Shown one piece after another: positions 21,223 through 29,537 of a stretch of 64,000 nucleotides of DNA. This DNA is from a bacterium (GTDB lineage Bacteria; JAHJDO01): NCBI GenBank assembly GCA_043824255.1, contig JBDRTG010000043.1:32001-96000 (forward strand). The letters run 5' to 3'. The position numbers and the translations under genes were made by a program. The notes beneath the pieces are model-generated. The model searched no databases. It was not told the origin of the DNA and was given only the letters and a program-made list of their open reading frames with translations. Within the stretch, counting starts at the first letter, position 1. Every line of letters begins with the position of its first letter.

Positions 21223-22042
21223 AATTCCTCTGCCTGCGGTACTGAAGGGGACTAACACCTGTGATCTTTCTGAAAATCCTGCAAAAGTAATTTGCTGAGT
21301 TGAAACCGGTTTCGCCTGCAATACCCTTTACGGTTGATGTGGTTGTTCTCAATAAGTAAGAGGCCTCCTGTACTCTGTTCTTCTGGAGCAGATCAAAAGG
21401 AGAAATACCGTAGTATTTTTTAAAAAGACGGCTGAAATGCTCTCTTGAATAATCAAAACGTGCTGCTATCTGTTCCACTCCGATTGGTTCCATATAATGC
21501 TCTGCCATAAAGACTGCAGCATTATTAATAGCCATTTTCTGGCTTTTCTGAACAGACGGATAGTTTAAAAACCTCAATATTGACATCATGAGCCGATAGA
21601 TGAGTTCTGAGGAAGTATATCTGTTAAATATGCGATGTTTTTTATATCTTTCCTGTAGATTGCAAAGGATGCTTATTGGTTCACTATCTTTAGGAAAATG
21701 AACTACAGAACCAAATTTTTTCCTGATGGAATTCCATATCTTGTCTGCGTATTCTCCAGTAAATGCGATCCATATAAATTCCCATGGAATTTTTCCTCCT
21801 GGGAACCGATACCGATGATCGCTTGGAACAGACAGCAGCATTGCATGTTCTGCAGGCACCGGGAAGGAACCTTTGGGATCTTCATAAAGCCCTTCTCCTG
21901 AAACTGTATATTGCATGATACAGAGAAGGTTGTCACTTCTCTTTAATCCATGCCAGTCATAGTTGGTAGTTGATTGAATCTCATGTCCTGCGCAAAGAAG
22001 ACGACATAGTAATTGGTTATCTGTTAATATATCTTTTTTCAT
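21194..22042 (-). CDS. AraC family transcriptional regulator
   Basis: Cupin-like N-terminus; SREHFSRLFKK, IAGETGFNSANYFCRIFRKITGVSPLQYR. Confidence 0.93.
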   Translation of the reverse strand: MKKDILTDNQLLCRLLCAGHEIQSTTNYDWHGLKRSDNLLCIMQYTVSGEGLYEDPKGSFPVPAEHAMLLSVPSDHRYRFPGGKIPWEFIWIAFTGEYADKIWNSIRKKFGSVVHFPKDSEPISILCNLQERYKKHRIFNRYTSSELIYRLMMSILRFLNYPSVQKSQKMAINNAAVFMAEHYMEPIGVEQIAARFDYSREHFSRLFKKYYGISPFDLLQKNRVQEASYLLRTTTSTVKGIAGETGFNSANYFCRIFRKITGVSPLQYRRQRNFIVIDQHKI

Positions 22043-22138
22043 ATCACAAAAATACCATTATTTATCACAATCTTAATATTTACAGTCATCTAATTTTATA
22101 ATATTATGAAACTAAATAATAGCATAATAATGCTATTA
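22042..22138 (+). promoter_or_regulatory. Divergent control region: TATCACAA direct repeats, promoter and 9-bp inverted repeat
   Basis: TATCACAA at 22042-22049 and 22063-22070 (21-bp period); TTTACA 22079-22084; TATAAT 22097-22102; TAATAGCAT-N4-ATGCTATTA 22117-22138. Confidence 0.6.
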
Positions 22139-22191
22139 GGAGAAGAAACTCATGTGGGTTGCCAAAAAAACAATAAAAATGGAGGTGTGAT

Positions 22192-25100
22192 ATGAGAAGA
22201 GGAATGTATATGAGAGTAGTTATTCTGTTTTGTTTAGGTTTGTTATTATTATCCGGCTTCGGGTTAAGTCAGTTGCAGGCTGAAGATAATGCCATTATGT
22301 GTTTTGAGACAGGCTGGAGTGATTTCGGCAACTCCAGAGCGCTTGAACGATTTAAAGAGGCTAAATGTCATTTCAATTATCCTAATATAATACATTGGGG
22401 GTGGGTAAGTGGTCAGGATATAGATTATACCCAAAAGGTTGAACCAGAACTTCTCTTGAAGGATAATTTTCGCCTTAACTATTTATATCAAAATCATATT
22501 CAAATAATTGCAAGGTTGATGGCTGTTTTTGCCAACCCGTTCTCCTTTCAAATCAGTCCATCTATGAGGACGGCAAATCTTACCTTTGACCAATGGCGGG
22601 AACTATGGCTGGAGAATTATGCAAAACCTCTCGTACAATCATGTTACGAAAATGGTATCTATATTATAGATTTAACTCAGGAAGTTTGTTGGTATGACCA
22701 TTCCTGGCTGGGGCCAAAGGGCCCCTTCAGGGATGACGATACGTGGCATCCTTTTACTACTCTAAATAGTGCAATTTATGATCCTAATCTGACAGTAGGC
22801 GAATTTAAACCAAAATTTCATGATACCATGCAGAGATTATACACATGGAAAAACGCCAATTTTCCAAAAGTAATTTTCGGGTCTTCCATGTCTGTCTTTA
22901 CAACTGTGGGTGATGCGGCCAAATTGACGACGTATTTAAATGATTGCATAGACTGGATGGGGACAGATGTTGCCGGACATATAAATTATCAGCCAGATCC
23001 GGCCTATCCGTGTGGCACATGGGAAGATCATTATCTTCATACCTTTGTCCCTGTTATTGAGGATCCAACCAGCGTCTCGTGGGCAACTGCTATTTTTGAA
23101 TCCTATGGCTGGAAAAATGGCTCAGAAGATTATTATGGCCCTCCAGGCACGCCTTATGCAGATAAAAAATGCTATTCTTACGGGTCTTTTCAGGATGCAA
23201 TGGACACAGTTGTTGCGTACGACGGTGGAAATAACTACTTAAAATTGCTAATAAATTCAAGCTGGGTTGCCAAGTTTTCGGAGTGTTATACGCATAATAA
23301 TCCTTGCACCCCTTTGAGTTATGCTAATGACTTAGGCGCTCTCCCGCCATGGGACCCTGCCCAACTTCCATTCCCTTATAATTATACTTTGGCTCCTATC
23401 TATAACCGCTGGGGAGATACAGCGCCGCATCCTTCAGATGATCCAATATATAGTTCATTTGCATACATCCGCGATGTAATGCATGCGGATTCCAACACAT
23501 ACTGGGACAACTCTCCAAGCACTCCTTTAGTAGTAAACCGGGAGGATATTAGAGTTATTCCTGATGAAGGGAAAATATATATTCGTATGCGCAATCTTTG
23601 TGCTCCAGACGCTATTTCTTCCAATATTCATGTATATCAGACTCCTCAAGGGGTGACCCCGTGGGATCGTTCAACGTATATAAAGGCTACTCCTGAAAAC
23701 GTCAGGAATTCTCTCCAGCAGGCTTATGAGATAGCCTTTATTCCGGCAGGTTCTTTCAGTGTGCCGGGTAATGGTAATCTGGATACAGAAAATAATGTCG
23801 TTGAACTTGAAGTGTCTTCTTCTGTCCCGTTAGAAAATGGCAAGGATATCCATGTGTATATTGAAGATTCAGATACTGTTAAAGGATGGACAGCATACAA
23901 TGATATACCTGTATGCAATAATTTCGATATAGATGGGAATGGATATTATAAATTTGACTTTTATCCAGCTGGAATCTCTATTGGCAATATCTATCTCCGT
24001 GCTCGGGCAAGGGATATATTCGGGGCTTGCTCAAAATATACAGATGCATTGGAAGTAGAAAAACAATATAAACTAAATCTAACCTGTAATGCCTCTGATA
24101 ACGATGGTATCAATGAGATAGAGTATCAGTATTCAGATGATGGTATAACCTGGTATGATGTTTCAAGGCAAAACTATTATTGTCTGACAGCAAATGATAA
24201 AGAGTTTAAGCGAAATTCGCGCTTTGCCCCGGATACTACGGATATGGGGCATTATCCGGTTATAGAGAGCGTTAGTGGAACGCCACTCAAAGGTGTAGTG
24301 CCGCTTTCAGTTAATTTTAATGTTGTGGCTTCTGATCCAGTAGGAACAATTACCTCAATCGAATGGGATTTTAATAGAGATGGGACAATCGATGCTACAG
24401 GAGAGTCAGTAAGCTGGACGTTCACACAGGTAGGGGTATATAATTCTCTTGTTAAAGTCACGAATAATGAAACTTTCAGCAGTTTTGGAGAGATCGAGGT
24501 TGAAGCACTTGATGGCTCTCCTATTGCAGAAATAAGTGCCGACCCGGAGAGTGGTAGTGCTCCATTAACTGTTCAATTTCAAGGGAGTGGAATAGACTAT
24601 GATGGGACAATAGTATCTTATGAATGGGATTTTACAAGTGATGGAGTAATTGACTCCACACAACAGAATCCAACCTTTATATACACTCAAATTGGGAATT
24701 ATACAGCTCGTTTGACTGTAACTGATAATTCCAGTCTCATTGGTTCTGCTACTGTCAGTATAAAAGCTGTAGACCCAGGCGCAGTTGCCTCATGCACTAT
24801 CATTGCATCCATTACAGAAGGTGATGCGCCATTGAGTGTAGATTTTTCTGCTGATATCAGCGGAGGTACTGTGTCTTCTTATGCGTGGGATTTTGATAAT
24901 AATGGCGTGATTGACTCGACAGAAGCGGCGCCATCCTATGAATATACTTCATCCCGCCTTTATACTGCAAAATTGACTGTAACAGACACGACAAGTCATG
25001 AAGTTACAGATTATGAGTATATTGTAGTTAAAGCTGTAGGATTGCCAGTGGCTGATTTTACGTTTTCTCCTGATGGAGGCGTTGCACCGCTTGAAGTGAG

Positions 25101-27867
25101 TTTTCAACCTACAGCAAGTGATCCTGGTGGTACTATTGTCAATTACTTGTGGGATTTTGGTGACTGTACGTATTCTAACCAGGCAGTACCACCTCCCCAT
25201 GTGTATACTTTAAACAATAATTACCTGGTAAGACTCACAGTAACTGATAATGATGGAAATGAGGTTACTGTCCGAAAAACAGTTTCATTTCAAAGTGGCT
25301 CAGGAAGGCTTTATGGCGACGGAAATGAATACAAGGATATTGCCGTTATTCAGGATTTGTTAATAGGCGGTTATTACACCTACTCAGTAGATCCTGATAA
25401 ATTTGGAGAAGAATGTGGAAGAACTGGTGTTCCTATATATTTCAGAGGACCGGATGGCAATAGTGATGGGAACGGTGTAGCTAATGCGCATGGTGATCTG
25501 ACAGACGGGAATTTTGGATATGCCGAAGATGAGGGAGTCATGTGGTCTGGTAGCATTGGCCCGGAAATCACATTTGACCTTCAGGGGAAATATGCGCTGA
25601 ATAATATTGAGATCTGGCAGGATCCAGTATACGATTTTGAATCTGTTACCTGCTATTTGAGCCAGGATGGTATTGCCTGGGATGAAATTGGCGCTTTCGA
25701 TTCTGATGGATTAAATAAAGTACGTCTTGACCTTAGGAACCATTCAGCCAGAAAGATAAAATTATCTTTCGAGAATTCTGCCGGTTCATCAAATGCCTAT
25801 TTAGCTGAAGTCCAGATATGGGGGACACCCTTTGAAGAAAGCTTGATGGATTGGGTGGATGATTTCGAATACAGTACTTCTCCTGAAGAACATGGCTGGC
25901 AGATTAACTGTGGCAGCGGAACTTTGAGTACTGAATATGATGATTTTCTGAATAGTAATGTAATGAGAGTTGACTCTTCTCAGGGCTGGAATTTTGGCAT
26001 AATCAGAAGGCCAACTGATGATCCTGAAAAAAATTATGCAGACCTTGAGAAAAGATATCTCTCATATACTGTTAAATCAGAGGGAACCGTGTGGGTGTAT
26101 GTATTGGTTCATGGAGATGATAATCAATGGTATTATTTGGTATATAGGCCTTCAGAGGGTGATGATTATGTAGGGGGAATGTATGTGTATTACAGTCTTC
26201 CAATAGTTTATGAGGGCAATCAAAATTGGAATACTATAAGTAGGGATTTGGACAAAGATCTTTTCACTGCAACAGGAAAGCACCTTAAAGATGTAGGATT
26301 TGTGCTTATCCGGGGTGGAAATTACTGTCTGGATGAGTTGACATTCAGTTCTTCAGCTCCGCCGACCTTGGGCTGGGGACTTTTAAAAGATAGTGTTTTA
26401 AGTTCTGATGGGTCCATGCTTAAGGTTATGGATTATGAGTTGGAACGGGAAGTAATAAAAGTTCATTCAGATGACTGGAGTTTATTTGCAATAAGGAGCG
26501 ATAAAGAAACCGGTATAAATAAGAAATGGGCTCATTTTAATTTTAAAACAACTTCGGGTATAGAATTTAGAATTTTGGTAAAAGGTTCTGATAACAGATG
26601 GTATTATCTTAGTTATCCTCCACTCACAGGAAGCTATCAAGTTGAAGAAATTGTTAACGAGACTGGCAGCTGTAGGACTGTATATCACTATCTTGGAGAG
26701 GATCTAAAAAATGGGAAATGGGTTGATGTGTATAGGGATCTTGACAGAGACTTATATGTTGCCTGGGGTGTCCATCTTGAAGAGGTATCCAACGTCCTTA
26801 TTAGAGGCGGCAGTATCTACCTGAATCTGGCAGAATTCAGTGAAGAGCCGTTTAATGAAATACAAATACCCTTGAATTATGGATGGAGTATTTCCCAAGG
26901 TGAAGGGACAGTGGAGTCTGTTTACGATTCTGATATTCAAAGCCAGGTAATGAGAGTTAACTCTGCTGATGGCTGGAACTTCCAGATTATGGGACCACAA
27001 ATAAATGCAGGTTATCCTAATATAGATGCAAGGTATTTATCATTTATGATAAAAATGCCGGAAAGAGCATCAGGAGAGACAACATGGATATATGCGTATG
27101 TATATGGAGAAGACAATCTGCCATATTGCCTGATTTACCGCCCGGAAGATGGCGAATGCCATGTAGGTGGTGATGGTAAGACAATCTACCATAACATTGG
27201 GAGCGACTTAGAAAATAACAAGTGGCACTACGTTATGCGAAATCTGGATAGAGACCTTCAGGAAGGCGTGGGGGTGAATGTAAAAGAGGTTCGGTGTTTT
27301 GTTATGAGGGGAGGAGGGTATTCCCTGGATAATCTAATTCTTTATAAAGATGCTCCTCCGGAAATTTCTATTCCTTTATCAGCCGGTGATTGGCGGAGTC
27401 CTAATCAGTTTCCCTGGACTGGAGATGGTGAATTTACAAACCATTACGATACTGAGCTAGGCAGGCAGGTATTACAGATAAATTCTGCTGGTGGGGAGAA
27501 TTGGTGGCAGAATTGGTACTGTTTGTCACTATATCCAAAAGTAGGCTATTTAGACGTTACGAAAAACAATGTTAAACTTAATTTAAAAAGTGAATTGGCA
27601 GTTGGATTAAGGTTCTATATCCGTGGAGTAGATGCAACACTCTACCAGATAATATATATTACTGGAGATGGAGTAGATTCAATAAATGGGACTACAGCTT
27701 ATACATATCTCGGCTCAGAGTTCAAAGATGGGAATTGGCATGAGATATCGCTCAATCTGGAAAATGACCTTTATGAAAAATTTGGACAGCATTTGAGAGA
27801 GACTATTCTCATTGGTATTCACGGTGCGAATGTAGAAATAGGTAATTACAAATTTTTTAATTATTAA
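22192..27867 (+). CDS. Giant secreted multidomain protein: putative catalytic N-terminal region, 4 PKD domains, discoidin/F5-8C-like domain, 4 C-terminal beta-rich repeats
   Basis: Signal peptide ending LQA-E; four G.APL.V.F...WDF PKD units; DLTDG..ITFDL..LAEVQIWG; four repeats with W....R.L..DL-like motif. Confidence 0.75.
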   Translation: MRRGMYMRVVILFCLGLLLLSGFGLSQLQAEDNAIMCFETGWSDFGNSRALERFKEAKCHFNYPNIIHWGWVSGQDIDYTQKVEPELLLKDNFRLNYLYQNHIQIIARLMAVFANPFSFQISPSMRTANLTFDQWRELWLENYAKPLVQSCYENGIYIIDLTQEVCWYDHSWLGPKGPFRDDDTWHPFTTLNSAIYDPNLTVGEFKPKFHDTMQRLYTWKNANFPKVIFGSSMSVFTTVGDAAKLTTYLNDCIDWMGTDVAGHINYQPDPAYPCGTWEDHYLHTFVPVIEDPTSVSWATAIFESYGWKNGSEDYYGPPGTPYADKKCYSYGSFQDAMDTVVAYDGGNNYLKLLINSSWVAKFSECYTHNNPCTPLSYANDLGALPPWDPAQLPFPYNYTLAPIYNRWGDTAPHPSDDPIYSSFAYIRDVMHADSNTYWDNSPSTPLVVNREDIRVIPDEGKIYIRMRNLCAPDAISSNIHVYQTPQGVTPWDRSTYIKATPENVRNSLQQAYEIAFIPAGSFSVPGNGNLDTENNVVELEVSSSVPLENGKDIHVYIEDSDTVKGWTAYNDIPVCNNFDIDGNGYYKFDFYPAGISIGNIYLRARARDIFGACSKYTDALEVEKQYKLNLTCNASDNDGINEIEYQYSDDGITWYDVSRQNYYCLTANDKEFKRNSRFAPDTTDMGHYPVIESVSGTPLKGVVPLSVNFNVVASDPVGTITSIEWDFNRDGTIDATGESVSWTFTQVGVYNSLVKVTNNETFSSFGEIEVEALDGSPIAEISADPESGSAPLTVQFQGSGIDYDGTIVSYEWDFTSDGVIDSTQQNPTFIYTQIGNYTARLTVTDNSSLIGSATVSIKAVDPGAVASCTIIASITEGDAPLSVDFSADISGGTVSSYAWDFDNNGVIDSTEAAPSYEYTSSRLYTAKLTVTDTTSHEVTDYEYIVVKAVGLPVADFTFSPDGGVAPLEVSFQPTASDPGGTIVNYLWDFGDCTYSNQAVPPPHVYTLNNNYLVRLTVTDNDGNEVTVRKTVSFQSGSGRLYGDGNEYKDIAVIQDLLIGGYYTYSVDPDKFGEECGRTGVPIYFRGPDGNSDGNGVANAHGDLTDGNFGYAEDEGVMWSGSIGPEITFDLQGKYALNNIEIWQDPVYDFESVTCYLSQDGIAWDEIGAFDSDGLNKVRLDLRNHSARKIKLSFENSAGSSNAYLAEVQIWGTPFEESLMDWVDDFEYSTSPEEHGWQINCGSGTLSTEYDDFLNSNVMRVDSSQGWNFGIIRRPTDDPEKNYADLEKRYLSYTVKSEGTVWVYVLVHGDDNQWYYLVYRPSEGDDYVGGMYVYYSLPIVYEGNQNWNTISRDLDKDLFTATGKHLKDVGFVLIRGGNYCLDELTFSSSAPPTLGWGLLKDSVLSSDGSMLKVMDYELEREVIKVHSDDWSLFAIRSDKETGINKKWAHFNFKTTSGIEFRILVKGSDNRWYYLSYPPLTGSYQVEEIVNETGSCRTVYHYLGEDLKNGKWVDVYRDLDRDLYVAWGVHLEEVSNVLIRGGSIYLNLAEFSEEPFNEIQIPLNYGWSISQGEGTVESVYDSDIQSQVMRVNSADGWNFQIMGPQINAGYPNIDARYLSFMIKMPERASGETTWIYAYVYGEDNLPYCLIYRPEDGECHVGGDGKTIYHNIGSDLENNKWHYVMRNLDRDLQEGVGVNVKEVRCFVMRGGGYSLDNLILYKDAPPEISIPLSAGDWRSPNQFPWTGDGEFTNHYDTELGRQVLQINSAGGENWWQNWYCLSLYPKVGYLDVTKNNVKLNLKSELAVGLRFYIRGVDATLYQIIYITGDGVDSINGTTAYTYLGSEFKDGNWHEISLNLENDLYEKFGQHLRETILIGIHGANVEIGNYKFFNY

Positions 27868-28450
27868 AAATGGAGGTGTAAGATGAGAAAAGGTATGTTT
27901 GTTGGGTTAGTTATTTTGGCTGTTTGTAGTTATTTAAGTTCAGCTCAGGCAGAGAATCTTATCATAAATGGGAGTTTTGAGGAGATATCAGAGAAGACCG
28001 GTTTGCCGGTGGACTGGGGATTTAGCCCCCCAACAAGTACTTATGGTAAGGTAGACGATACGACATCGGTGGATGGTAAGTATTCGGTCAAGGTTACTGT
28101 TCCTCCAGATGCGCTGGGAGTATATATTTTTCATCAACGTAATCCTAAGATTTCCATTCCTGCCGGCACCCGTATAAAATTATCCGGCTGGAGTAAGGTG
28201 GACAATTACATAAAGGGCAAATGGCAGAAAGATAAATTTCCACGTCATGCAATTGCGCTAGCTATCCAACTTGCCGATGGTTCCAGAAAGTATCCAGAGG
28301 TCTCCTTTTCCTCTTCTGAGGAATGGGAATATAAAGAGCAGTTTTACACGTTTGATAAGGAAGTTACTGCTATCAGTTATGTCTATCTATGCCATTACTA
28401 CAGTTCAGGCACAGTCTGGTACGATGATATCTATTTTGGGCCTGTAGAGG
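27867..28450 (+). repeat. ~580 bp direct repeat, copy A (copy B ~29522-30110)
   Basis: Same RBS, signal peptide and CBM-coding sequence with long identical stretches. Confidence 0.95.
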
Positions 28451-28500
28451 AAGTAGATGTAAAGCTTCCAAAAACCGATTCCGCCACTTTACTTGGATGA
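27883..28500 (+). CDS. Secreted CBM4/9-like domain protein; truncated paralogue of 29538-33098
   Basis: ENLIINGSFE...GTVWYDDI; near-identical to the N-terminus of the downstream gene, then diverges and stops. Confidence 0.7.
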   Translation: MRKGMFVGLVILAVCSYLSSAQAENLIINGSFEEISEKTGLPVDWGFSPPTSTYGKVDDTTSVDGKYSVKVTVPPDALGVYIFHQRNPKISIPAGTRIKLSGWSKVDNYIKGKWQKDKFPRHAIALAIQLADGSRKYPEVSFSSSEEWEYKEQFYTFDKEVTAISYVYLCHYYSSGTVWYDDIYFGPVEEVDVKLPKTDSATLLG

Positions 28501-28577
28501 ATCACTATCTCTACTGTGCATTAGATAACCGCCATAATGGAGGAAGTAATCTTCTCTTCTGTGATGGACATGTCAAG
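28476..28577 (+). pseudogene. Fragment of an H-X9-DG prepilin C-terminus
   Basis: Translates to ...[25 protein letters not shown]; 26 nt at 28539-28564 are identical to 29401-29426. Confidence 0.85.
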
Positions 28578-28581
28578 GTGA

Positions 28582-28682
28582 GAGTATGATACTGACAAGT
28601 TATACAGAAACTCAAAAAAACTTAAGATTACAGTTCCTCCCAATGATGTTAGAGTTTACTTTTTACTCCAAGAAAGCGTTGA
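28582..28682 (+). pseudogene. Fragment matching the C-terminus of 29538-33098
   Basis: EYDTDKLYRNSKKLKITVPPNDVRVY versus EYDSDKLYKNSKNLKITVPPNDVRVY (32991-33080), followed by a 1-nt deletion. Confidence 0.9.
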
Positions 28683-28729
28683 TGCCGCCGCTTCTAATTA
28701 ATAATCCAAAAAATTGGCGCAGTGAGGTA

Positions 28730-28778
28730 TTGACAAAAATCAGGTTTAGATTATAAACTTGTAACAGTTTAGTTACAA
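28730..28778 (+). promoter_or_regulatory. Promoter and palindromic operator upstream of the prepilin gene
   Basis: TTGACA 28730-28735, TATAAA/TAAACT 28752-28759, TTGTAAC-N6-GTTACAA 28759-28778. Confidence 0.65.
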
Positions 28779-28830
28779 AAAGTAATGAGAGAAATTGATG
28801 ATGTGAAAAGTAGAAGGGGAAAGAAAAAAA

Positions 28831-29508
28831 ATGTTAAATAAAATAAGAAAAATTTGGGGAAGCAGAAGCTCATTCACGTTAATAGAGTTACTTGTTGTAA
28901 TAGCCATTATAGCCCTGCTTGCATCAATGCTTTTGCCAGCACTTGTAAAAGCAAGGGAAATGGGGAGGAGGATAAAATGCGTGAGCAATCTGAGGCAGGT
29001 TGGATTGGCTTTTAGAATGTATGCCGATGATTACGATGGGTGGCTCCCTAAAGTAAACTTTGGGGACTCCGTAATATGGTTTCATAAAGTTTTACCCTAT
29101 GCTGATAATAACTATAAAGTCTTTAACTGTCCTTCACAGAAGAAAGGACAGATCACTGACCCCACTGCCTATAATAACCTTATGCCTTACGGGATGAATT
29201 ACTATCTCCAATGGGAAGATGCTGACTATTTGAACCCAAGATGGCAAAAATTGGATAGTATAGCCAAGCCATCACAAATATTATTAGTGGCTGATTCAAG
29301 ATATTATGACGATGGTGGATATTTGTTTGTATACCATCGAAAAGGTTACACTCCAGCGTCATCATATTATTATCTCTGCTCTCTAGATACCAGACACAGT
29401 GGAGGAAGTAATCTTCTCTTCTGTGACGGTCATGTCAAATGGATGGATAGAACTGAAGCCGATAATACCTGGGATGAGGCAGACGAAATCTGGAGACCAT
29501 GGAGATAG
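28831..29508 (+). CDS. Prepilin-type protein with H-X9-DG motif (DUF1559-like)
   Basis: [58 protein letters not shown]. Confidence 0.92.
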   Translation: MLNKIRKIWGSRSSFTLIELLVVIAIIALLASMLLPALVKAREMGRRIKCVSNLRQVGLAFRMYADDYDGWLPKVNFGDSVIWFHKVLPYADNNYKVFNCPSQKKGQITDPTAYNNLMPYGMNYYLQWEDADYLNPRWQKLDSIAKPSQILLVADSRYYDDGGYLFVYHRKGYTPASSYYYLCSLDTRHSGGSNLLFCDGHVKWMDRTEADNTWDEADEIWRPWR

Positions 29509-29537
29509 AGAAATATAAAATAAAATGGAGGTGTGAG

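Noticed and set aside
29499..29537. Upstream start MEIEKY for the 1199-aa ORF
   Set aside because: The RBS, signal peptide and paralogue at 27883 all point to the ATG at 29538.
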